A stretch of 64,000 nt of DNA from Lytechinus pictus (lineage: Eukaryota). The first letter of the stretch is position 1. Every line of letters starts with the position of its first letter. A program made the translations under genes and the position numbers. Location: contig NC_087245.1 of the NCBI RefSeq assembly GCF_037042905.1, positions 5,396,001-5,460,000 on the forward strand. The letters run 5' to 3'. The notes beneath the pieces are model-generated. The model worked only from the letters and a program-made list of their open reading frames with translations. It searched no databases and had not been told where the DNA came from. This document shows positions 54,761-64,000 of this stretch, one piece after another.

Positions 54761-55977
54761 GTGAGTGTGGCAAAAGAAACGGGTATGGGATATACATGAA
54801 AAATGGTCTAAGAGACAAATAATACTGTATATACCGGTAATGAGTTGGACATATGAAAGAAGATACATCATTTACCTGCTGATAATGGGCTAATTCGGTT
54901 GATAGCCTTATCATTTTACTTGTTCAGTGTACCGGTTCTGACAAAATTAAACCCAAATCCTATAAATGGAAACAATTAGAAACTAGGATGTTTTACCAAT
55001 TCAACACCTACACAAATAAATAGCGTAACAACTAATATGACCTTTCACTAAAAAACAAACAACTTTACCAGCAGAACCTGACCTTTCATGAAGAAAGAAA
55101 TTGTTTGAAGTGGGCTGATGACTAACTGTACACAGTACATGTATGGTCCACTATTGTAATTCATAAAATAAAGTAGTACCACATAAGAATATTATTTAGT
55201 ATTTCATCATAGTAAATTTCTTTCCCTCATTGGTATTATGCTTATATTCCTTGGAAGATTTACCTTTTTGTCTAGCCTGAACGAAGTTTGGTAGAGACCT
55301 ACATGTACATGTAGTTATCACTTTTCCTGTTGGTCCGTTGGTCTAGTGGTCTGTTACAAAAAGTGTTATAGTTTTTGTTCAACATGGTCTCATTTATTTA
55401 TTTCTGCATCGATTGTTTTCATACTTGGTACAAATGATTCTTGAGTAGGACCACATGTGAGCTTATGAGAATGATGGGGTCAAAGGTCATCTAGGGGTCA
55501 AAACTCAAAAGGTCAAATGATATGAGGTAGTGTCCATCCTTTTTTCAAGTTTTTGTGCAACTTGCTCTCATTTTTTATTTCTGCATCAATTATGTTTATG
55601 CAATCATTGGGTAGTACATGTACCTTGAGGATGACAAGGTCATCTAGGGGTCAAAAGATCATATTAAATATTTTATTGATAGAAAAATCAGGTGAGGCTC
55701 ATTGGTCATGGACCACCTTATAATGTCAGTCCTACATGTATAATACATTACATACATTTTGGAAGTTATGTAGTGCCTTTCCATAATCAAATGCTCAAAG
55801 CACTTTGCAATAACATACGGTATTAAAGATCTATTGTGCTCTCCTAGTGCTAATAATATTCATAGAGGACTACATTTATCAGAGAAAAATAGTGTTTTGA
55901 ATATACATTTTTTTATACAAAGGATCAGACTCTTTGCAGTCGTGTGGGAATTCCCAAGACTGATACATGTATGACAA

Positions 55978-56501
55978 CCCCGGGGGGGGCACTCGACCAA
56001 AAAAGTGGTAGGGGTGTGCCGCGGGCGAGGCAAAAAACGGGGGCCTTGGAGCGGGCTTATTTTAAAAAGGAGGGTCCTCGGAACGGGCTTCGGAACTACA
56101 AATGCTTGTGAAAACGGGGGTCCTCGGAACGGATCTCCGTATCTCTGTGAGTGCATATGTATCCCTATGGAACGGGCAATCGTGCATTACGCAGCTAGCG
56201 CGGCCTCCGCCGGGTGCGCTCGCGCTTAGGCGATGGTCGAAAAGCGCTCTACGGCCGCTTTTCACCAAAATTGTAGCAGATCGGAACGGCGTAACGAAAA
56301 ATATGCGAAGCTTTGGAGCGGATTTCTTTCTTCTTTTTTCTCGATAAGAAGGAAATGCTATGCCTTGGAGCGGCTTTCTTTGTTCTTTTTCTCAATAAGA
56401 CAAAAATGCTATGCCTTGGAACGGAAATTTGAGTGTAAAAATGGGGGTCCCCTCCGCGGCACATACCCACTATGCATTATATACTGAGTGCCCCCCCCGG
56501 G
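55978..56501. mobile_element. Unclassified GC-rich TIR element with 7-bp TSD
   Basis: CCCGGGGGGGGCACTC...GAGTGCCCCCCCCGGG, with ATGACAA at 55971-55977 and 56502-56508. Confidence 0.85.
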
Positions 56502-58946
56502 ATGACAACATCTATTTACTCACGCGTGATGCCTTTGTAGTATGACTACATGTACGTGTACATGTAGTACCTCAGTGTGGTCTACACAGTAACATGCAGT
56601 GTGCCTCTGCAGTGTGTTCATAGTGTGAAATAATACAACATGCATGGCTTTTTTACATTCTGTGTAATGGGAAGACTACAAAGTTCATTAAACGTACAGG
56701 TATACATACGTGTACTTGTAATTTTGTATTGAATTGAATATTTTGATATTTCTTTTCTGCCTCGACACAAATTCCCTGTAACTGGCACAAGTAAAATCTA
56801 AAAAAAAAAGATTTTTTTTTTTTATGTGATTGCACATTTTACATGGGTTATGCTGAATCTAAAAGAAGTCAAGGCAGACTTTACCTGCCAGTGTATTTAA
56901 ACCTGATTAAAATAATTTATCATTCATTTTTAAGATATGCATGAATTTGTCATACTGTACTTTCTGCTAAATAATGTACAATTATGTTAAATGTACCTTG
57001 ATTATTAGTGCTACTGGTAAGAAATATAAACATTTCTAAAGCCTTCCAAACTTAAATTTTCTCTCTTGCTTCATTGAACAGTTTTAATGTTAATTACCGG
57101 TAATCAGAAAAAGCTCTAGATTGATAGAGTATAGAAATTTAAAAAAAATAGCCAATTCACATGCAAATCAGCAACTTACTTACATGTAGATCATGTTTCC
57201 AATTCACTACCAAATGAGGGATTTTTTTAATCATTTATATTGTAGCGTGAAAGATTAGGCACTGATCAGATGCAATATAAAAAAAAGTGAGCACAGTACA
57301 TTACATACATGTATTACACTGTACTATTGATTTTACGAACCAGTCTGAACCTACAGTAATTAAGGTCAAATTTTCAAAACTTTTTTTTACATATTCTAAC
57401 AGCATGTCTTCAACTGCATTGACTCACCCAATTTCAAATGTTATTATTTAAAGAATAAAAGAAGATTAAAATTTCGTTAGAACTGGACAACCCCAGTATC
57501 CCCCTCCTTTGATTTTACAAACCATACTTTGCACACCATAGCAGTCTCCTGAATGGCAAGCAAAGGTCAAAACCATGACCTAAATATTGTGGGTATACAT
57601 TGAAAAATTCTATGAACTGACATAAACTATCTGCATAATACATGTTTTTTTTTGTAAACATAAACAATTTCTGAAATGCCTATAAACTGCACTTCATTTC
57701 AAATATTGAACAAAATAAATTTGAATTGAGAACAAATCTTGCACATGTATAAAATGATAAAATAGATGCTTTAAACTGGTATGAATAATTGATTTTCTTC
57801 AAAACATGAAGTAATGAGCGTCAGACAGAAAAACATCCAAACTATAAACAGATTATTGTAAAGTCGCGTTTTTTAGACCAGCCAAGGTTTAGGCAAACAA
57901 TAAGTATACCTGTAATGCACCGTGCATTTTAATATGCCCTCTGTACATGTATATATAAAAAAAAAAGTTATTGCCCCTGAGGCCAAACCACAGAATTTGG
58001 TCAGTGACTCACTTTGTCCTGAATCATTATTGTATCCTTACTGTAACTAGCTCTTCTGACACTTTCAAACAATATGGGTTCAGTGCTCAAGTTCAATTTG
58101 CAAAATTTCATCATTCCTATAATTAAAAAATGTTCATACTATATTCTTTTATTCAAATTCACCAAGATGGATTGGCTTTATTCCGTGAGCTGAATTTATC
58201 TTTTAGGTTTTAATTTTGAATATTATGAAATTAGGTTATTTCTATGCCCAGGTACATGTACGTGTATGTTTCCCGAGATTTATTCAGATAACTGGGTTAT
58301 CAAAATTTATCAAATAGTATGGATTTTTACCAGTCTTTGGCTCTCTTATAAAAAGTCTGTCCATTCACATGACACAATTGCAACTCCTACTTTCCGGTTC
58401 GTAATCACAGATATATCTATGTTGTCTTCTATAAAGGAGGCCAGCATACTTGTATTATACACTCTTTGTTGCTTTAGAGGGTGAGATTCTTGAAAATTCA
58501 CATCACGATTGAGGATTGACGGCATAGAGATTGCATGCTTGGCAACCGCCTTTCATGGAAGACATCAAATCCAGACGAGAAAATTAAAGATTACTATATC
58601 AATTCCGCTTCCATAATTTTGTTGATTTAAGCTATGATTTTGAATGCCTTGAAAACTATCTAGATTGAAACAACATTGAAAATTACACAATTATTAGTGG
58701 GTATTCTTTGTACCTAGAGGAGGTGTTCTTGACTCATCGGCTATAGTGAAAATATATTCATTTTGATATTTTTGTAACAAGAGACATAGAGACTATTCAC
58801 TGACTATATCAAGTTAAAGGAAAGATACACATTACATTGATAAGTGTACTGCATTTAGCCTAGTTTTGCATAAGATTTCGGTTAAATGCTCCATCTGGGT
58901 GCTTGATTCTTTGACTCTCTAGACATAATAAAATTGTTCTTTTCAG

Positions 58947-59029
58947 GGCCATCCTAAGGTTTCTGAGAAGATGAGACTATTACTGAAGGACTGGTCAGAG
59001 AAAGAAATGAAGAATGATCCCTCATGCAG
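58947..59029 (+). CDS. STAM: STAM exon 5 (VHS domain)
   Basis: tttcag|GGC...AG|gtatgg, translating GHPKVSEKMRLLLKDWSEKEMKNDPSC(S). Confidence 0.93.
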
Positions 59030-59680
59030 GTATGGTCAGGTGACTGTGTGACAAGGTCGCTTGTTTGATAAATCTATTGTTTTTTTAATATATTTATTTA
59101 TGGTTCCCAAGTTGTAATACATTTTGTGGTGCATTACATGTATGTGTACATGTACATTATTTGGTTTTATAAGAAATATCTCCAAACCACTTTACCCTAT
59201 GATTCTCATTCAAAGTCCTTGTTATATGACAGATTATGCACATCTATATAAAATGACTTTGAGAGCCCCTTCAAAAGCATTACAGTATTGGAATGTTAAA
59301 GCAGAAATGAACCACCAGCATTAACAGCGCCACCTCAAGTCCTAGCTCCTCAGATCTGGCCAACATAAGGCAGCATTCTCGGCTGTGTAGTCTTGTAATA
59401 TATGCCACTTGAGTAACACACTGATTCACTTCTCAATACATTCATATCATACTAATTAAATGTATATATCAAGTCGCAAAATAAGAACTATCCTATAAAA
59501 AAACATTTTAGTTTCTCTGTATGAAAAGATTATAGGCTAATTAATTCTGTGTATATTATTGATGGTTATCTCAAAATGTACATTTTTTAAGACTAGTTAT
59601 ATATAACACACAGTCAGTTAGATATTACATTGCATGTTGGTCAGTTCACTCCCCCTTTAAAGGCTTGATGGGGAAGTTAC

Positions 59681-60027
59681 ATTATATTGTAAATAATTTA
59701 TGGCTTTCAACCCAGTAAATGAGATTGCATATTTTGATCTGATACATTGTAAATCTTGGAACCAGCAGGATTTGAACCTCTCATCCACCGGTCAGTGACT
59801 CTACCAACATAAAATACATCAATTGAATTTACAATGTAATGTAACTTTACTCAGCAACCCTTTATCATTCAATTTCAGTGATGGCCTGGTGGTAGAGTTG
59901 TTGATTGGCAATCAGTAGATGAGAGGTTCAAATCCTGCTGGTTCCAAGAATTGTTCTGACTCATCAGATCGAAAAATATGATCTTATTTACTGGGTTGAA
60001 AGCTATGAATTGTATTTACAATATAAT
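59681..60027. repeat. Inverted pair of tRNA-derived (SINE-like) heads
   Basis: A-box-like TGGCCTGGTGG at 59882-59892 and B-box GGTTCAAATCC at 59925-59935, with a reverse-complement copy at ~59681-59807. Confidence 0.55.
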
Positions 60028-60201
60028 ATCAGTTTTATCATCATATGGCCTGACTACTGATAAAGTTGTACTTTCACAATTCACTTACTATTTTCAAGTG
60101 CCCAGTTTAGTCATACATAGACTAGAACATGTGACAATTATTAATTATCAATCCTCATGTTATCACAATTTATCGTTTTTCTTTTTATTTCTTATATCTA
60201 G

Positions 60202-60271
60202 TCTAATTACACAGCTGTATAACAGTCTTAAAACAGAAGGGTTTGGTTTCTCTTCATCAGATGATACACCT
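60202..60271 (+). CDS. STAM: STAM exon 6 (end of VHS domain); gene continues beyond the window
   Basis: atctag|T CTA...CCT|gtgagt, translating LITQLYNSLKTEGFGFSSSDDTP, in phase with exon 5. Confidence 0.88.
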
Positions 60272-61434
60272 GTGAGTATTCCTCGTGTTATTATACAAAT
60301 AATGCACTGTTGTATGAAGTGTGTTATAGCAGAAACAGTGTACAATGTTTCATCATTGCAAGTGAAAGGACATGTACCAAAACAGATCAGTGCATGATTT
60401 GTTTTGTAAGAAAGATATCAGAAATGCCATCTGAACATATATACAACAATCTTATCTAGACCCAAAGCCTAATGTGCATAAAATGTTTTCAAAATACATG
60501 CTTTAAAAAAAAAGTCTGTCAAACATATTATTCCAAATATGAAAAAGATCTTGTAGTGTTGATAGATGTTTGAAAGTCTCTTCTATCAGGTGATGCACAC
60601 ACACACAAAAATAATTCATTCTTGAGCAAACACTTTTTAGTGTGACAAATGACCTTGCACCAAAATGAATGGTATAGGACAGTGGAAGCCACAGTCTGAA
60701 TTAAGTACTTTTTCCTGCAGCAAGCTATTTTGCAGTATGCAAATATCATTCTGCATTATATAGAATACTAATTTTCTTAATTGTTTTAGGCAGAAATTAG
60801 GGGCGATTCAAGAAAATCTGGTTGCCCCAATGCATCTCATTTGGCTAATTTTAGGGGCACTTAGGGCTGTCATACAGGTGAAATAGTTGGATGCCCCCAT
60901 GTGTTTCCCATGTTGCACTACAGGCACTCAAACACTCTAGAGAAATATAATAGTTTTACAATTGTACTATATGATGAATGGAAGAAACTATGATACTATG
61001 ATACAAACCCGCTTGCCCGGGGCAAGTGAAGATGAAGTGCAGGCATCAGGCGAGCATTTCTCAAAGTCAATTGCCCGATCGGGCAAGTGGTTTTTTTGGA
61101 AATGAAAAATATCAAATGACAGTAAATTTCAATAAATTTTGGATAGATCACAATTATTGACCAAATATCTCTCATACACTACTCAAAAAAAGTTAAGGAC
61201 CACTTTTTAAAACGTACATAAAGATTTTATACAAGGTGTTTTATTTCTGGAAATACCTCAGTACAACTGTCCTAAATGTCCTTAAACACGCTGTAATCAA
61301 TTTCACGCATGGGTGGTTTCAGTTGTTGCACAATGTCTCTCGCATCACTGCACATCCTGAAAAGTGGGCCCCGAGGGGTATCAGCTACCGACATGAAGTG
61401 GTAAAAACGAATGTCTGAGTGTCTTTCAGGCAGT

Positions 61435-62463
61435 TCAGTAACGAGTGTGACCACCTCCTGCAGCAATAACGGCTTCACAGCGCTGTCTCATGGAGCTGAT
61501 GAGGCGATTGATGTCTCTGACGTCCAGTGCATCCCATGCAGCCTCCAGAGCCACACCCAGCTGCTGCAGTCCAAGTGGATGGGCTTCGAGCTGCTCGAGA
61601 CTCCTCCCCATCATGTCCCAGACGTGCTCTATCGGGTTTAAGTCCGGGGACCTCGCTGGCCACTCCATACGCTCAATCCCCTGGCCCTCAAGGAACTCGG
61701 TCACCACCCTAGCTCGGTGGGCACGGGCATTGTCATCCATGAAAATGATGTTTTGTCCCACATTTTCTGCAAATGGCACCACTATAGGTTCAAGGACCTC
61801 ATCCCTGTACCTCACTCCTGTCATTGCTCCCCCTGGGACCACGTAGAGACGAGTACGGTTGGCGTAGGTGATGCCTCCCCACACCATGACGCTGCCTCCC
61901 CCATAACGGTCATGTTCTGCAATACAGGGGTCTGCAAATCTCTCTCCTGGTCGCCTCCAGACTCTCGAACGTCCATCATTGTGGTCAAGGGAAAATCTGC
62001 TCTCATCTGTGAACAGAACTCTACGCCATTGCTGTCTGGTCCATCTGACATGCTCCCGGGCCCAGTTGAGACGAATTCTTCTGTGAGCAGGGGTGAGTGG
62101 GACACACTGAGCTGGCCGTCTGGCATGCATATTGGCTCTGTGAAGTCGGTTACGGATTGTTTGAGTGGAAACAATCACTCCAGTTGCTGCAGCGAAGTCA
62201 TTGTTGAGGCGGCGTGCACTGTGAAAGCGGTTGCGGAGGCTGAGATTCGTCAAGTAGCGATCATCTCTAGGGGTTGTCGAAACTGGTCGGCCACTGCGGG
62301 GTCTCTCGGAGTATAGCCCTGTCTCTCGGTGTCTTTGATTTGCTCTGCTAATGACACTGTGTGACACGCCCATCATTCTGGCTACTCTTCGCTGACTGAG
62401 GCCAGCTTCCAGCATCCCTAGGGCTCTGGCTACATCTGTTTCACTTAGGTGGTGTCTTGGCAT
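61435..62463 (-). CDS. Tc1-family DD34E transposase, 342 aa, intact (left copy)
   Basis: MPRHHLSE... paired-like HTH region, GRP motif, TDESRF, MDDNARAH and WPARSPDLNPIEHVW, with 34 residues between the second D and the E. Confidence 0.95.
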   Translation of the reverse strand: MPRHHLSETDVARALGMLEAGLSQRRVARMMGVSHSVISRANQRHRETGLYSERPRSGRPVSTTPRDDRYLTNLSLRNRFHSARRLNNDFAAATGVIVSTQTIRNRLHRANMHARRPAQCVPLTPAHRRIRLNWAREHVRWTRQQWRRVLFTDESRFSLDHNDGRSRVWRRPGERFADPCIAEHDRYGGGSVMVWGGITYANRTRLYVVPGGAMTGVRYRDEVLEPIVVPFAENVGQNIIFMDDNARAHRARVVTEFLEGQGIERMEWPARSPDLNPIEHVWDMMGRSLEQLEAHPLGLQQLGVALEAAWDALDVRDINRLISSMRQRCEAVIAAGGGHTRY

Positions 62464-62467
62464 TGCT

Positions 62468-62803
62468 ATCCAGCTGTCCAGGATGCCATCAAACACAATG
62501 AAATCAATTTCACACATGCAGTTCTTTCATGTCTCTTGCATCATTGCAATGTGCCCGTACAAAAGTGGCTTCCAAAGCATTTTCTGTCTTTAGTCTCTAC
62601 AATCAACAACTTGCTGACAATAGCAATGCCAAGATACAGCTGTCCAGAATGCCATCAAACACAATGACATCAATTTCACACATGCAGTTCTTTCATGATG
62701 TCTCTGGCATCATTGCAGTGGGCCATAAGACAAGTGTCTTCCAAAGCATTTTCTGTCTTTAGTCTGTACAATCAACAACTTGCCTACAACAGCAATGCCA
62801 AGA
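62468..62803 (+). repeat. Two tandem ~166-bp units forming the spacer of the Tc1 palindrome
   Basis: cagctgtcc at 62471 and 62637. Each unit ends in agcaatgccaaga and resembles the subterminal sequence at about 61263-61370. Confidence 0.85.
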
Positions 62804-63823
62804 CACCACCTAAGTGAAACAGATGTAGCCAGAGCCCTAGGGATGCTGGAAGCTGGCCTCAGTCAGCGAAGAGTAGCCAGAATGATGGGCATGTCACACA
62901 GTGTCATTAGCAGAGCAAATCAAAGACACCGAGAGACAGGGCTATACTCCGAGAGACCCCGCAGTGGCCGACCAGTTTCGACAACCCCTAGAGATGATCG
63001 CTACTTGACGAATCTCAGCCTCCGCAACCGCTTTCACAGTGCACGCCGCCTCAACAATGACTTCGCTGCAGCAACTGGAGTGATTGTTTCCACTCAAACA
63101 ATCCGTAACCGACTTCACAGAGCCAATATGCATGCCAGACGGCCAGCTCAGTGTGTCCCACTCACCCCTGCTCACAGAAGAATTCGTCTCAACTGGGCCT
63201 GGGAGCATGTCAGATGGACCAGACAGCAATGGCGTAGAGTTCTGTTCACAGATGAGAGCAGATTTTCCCTTGACCACAATGATGGACGTTCGAGAGTCTG
63301 GAGGCGACCAGGAGAGAGATTTGCAGACCCCTGTATTGCAGAACATGACCGTTATGGGGGAGGCAGCGTCATGGTGTGGGGAGGCATCACCTACGCCAAC
63401 CGTACTCGTCTCTACGTGGTCCCAGGGGGAGCAATGACAGGAGTGAGGTACAGGGATGAGGTCCTTGAACCTATAGTGGTGCCATTTGCAGAAAATGTGG
63501 GACAAAACATCATTTTCATGGATGACAATGCCCGTGCCCACCGAGCTAGGGTGGTGACCGAGTTCCTTGAGGGCCAGGGGATTGAGCGTATGGAGTGGCC
63601 AGCGAGGTCCCCGGACTTAAACCCGATAGAGCACGTCTGGGACATGATGGGGAGGAGTCTCGAGCAGCTCGAAGCCCATCCACTTGGACTGCAGCAGCTG
63701 GGTGTGGCTCTGGAGGCTGCATGGGATGCACTGGACGTCAGAGACATCAATCGCCTCATCAGCTCCATGAGACAGCGCTGTGAAGCCGTTATTGCTGCAG
63801 GAGGTGGTCACACTCGTTACTGA
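62795..63823 (+). CDS. Tc1-family DD34E transposase, 342 aa, intact (right copy)
   Basis: Same protein as the left copy except V->M (GVSHS/GMSHS) and R->W (WAREH/WAWEH). Confidence 0.95.
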   Translation: MPRHHLSETDVARALGMLEAGLSQRRVARMMGMSHSVISRANQRHRETGLYSERPRSGRPVSTTPRDDRYLTNLSLRNRFHSARRLNNDFAAATGVIVSTQTIRNRLHRANMHARRPAQCVPLTPAHRRIRLNWAWEHVRWTRQQWRRVLFTDESRFSLDHNDGRSRVWRRPGERFADPCIAEHDRYGGGSVMVWGGITYANRTRLYVVPGGAMTGVRYRDEVLEPIVVPFAENVGQNIIFMDDNARAHRARVVTEFLEGQGIERMEWPARSPDLNPIEHVWDMMGRSLEQLEAHPLGLQQLGVALEAAWDALDVRDINRLISSMRQRCEAVIAAGGGHTRY

Positions 63824-64000
63824 ACTGCCTGAAAGACACTCAGACATTCGTTTTTACCACTTCATGTCGGTAGCTGATACCCCTCGGGGCCCACTTTTCA
63901 GGATGTGCAGTGATGCGAGAGACATTGTGCAACAACTGAAACCACCCATGCGTGAAATTGATTACAGCGTGTTTAAGGACATTTAGGACAGTTGTACTGA

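Larger units (their letters stand above)
61177..64000. mobile_element. Palindromic Tc1 (DD34E) element with two inverted transposase genes, in STAM intron 6; right end beyond the window
   Basis: TA|CACTACTCAAAAAAAGTTAAGG Tc1-type terminus at 61177. 61258-62467 is the reverse complement of 62791-64000 (coordinate sum 125258), with a 323-bp spacer. Confidence 0.9.

Noticed and set aside
59875..59946. Functional tRNA gene
   Set aside because: It has A/B boxes but poor acceptor and anticodon stem pairing by eye, and is part of a degenerate inverted repeat.
59978..60397. 139-aa ORF as an independent gene
   Set aside because: Only 60202-60271 is coding (STAM exon 6); the rest is intron.
62464..62517. 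N-terminal extensions of the transposases given in the ORF track (starts at 62517 and 62780)
   Set aside because: They use GTG/TTG starts and differ between the copies; the shared ATG is at 62463/62795.
61411..63986. Overlapping antisense and alternative-frame ORFs (199, 118, 117 aa etc.) appearing twice
   Set aside because: Shadow frames of the transposase genes, duplicated only because of the palindrome.

Overview
AT-rich metazoan genomic DNA with spliceosomal introns. The repeat families, poly-G runs and gene structures look echinoderm or sea-urchin-like (inference only). Three host genes can be built by hand from GT-AG exons. (1) A two-coding-exon C2H2 zinc-finger gene (+, 5229-15437, about 622 aa, 10 fingers, REST-like layout). 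(2) A complete four-exon CMC1 twin-CX9C mitochondrial gene (-, 39049-28045, 116 aa). (3) The first six coding exons of STAM (VHS domain; +, from 39417, continuing past the window), head-to-head with CMC1 across 367 bp that contain a perfect NRF1-type palindrome. The introns are packed with non-autonomous TIR elements whose TSDs can be read directly (TA, 3, 6, 7, 8 and 9 bp, TTAA), including several near-perfect foldbacks. Three things stand out. First, a palindromic Tc1 element at 61177 to beyond 64000 carries two intact, divergently oriented DD34E transposase genes. Second, there is a very high density of TACATGTA motifs, which paralogous repeat units show to be TA->TACATGTA insertions, i.e. 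probable Tc1/mariner excision footprints. Third, the zinc-finger protein is REST-like.
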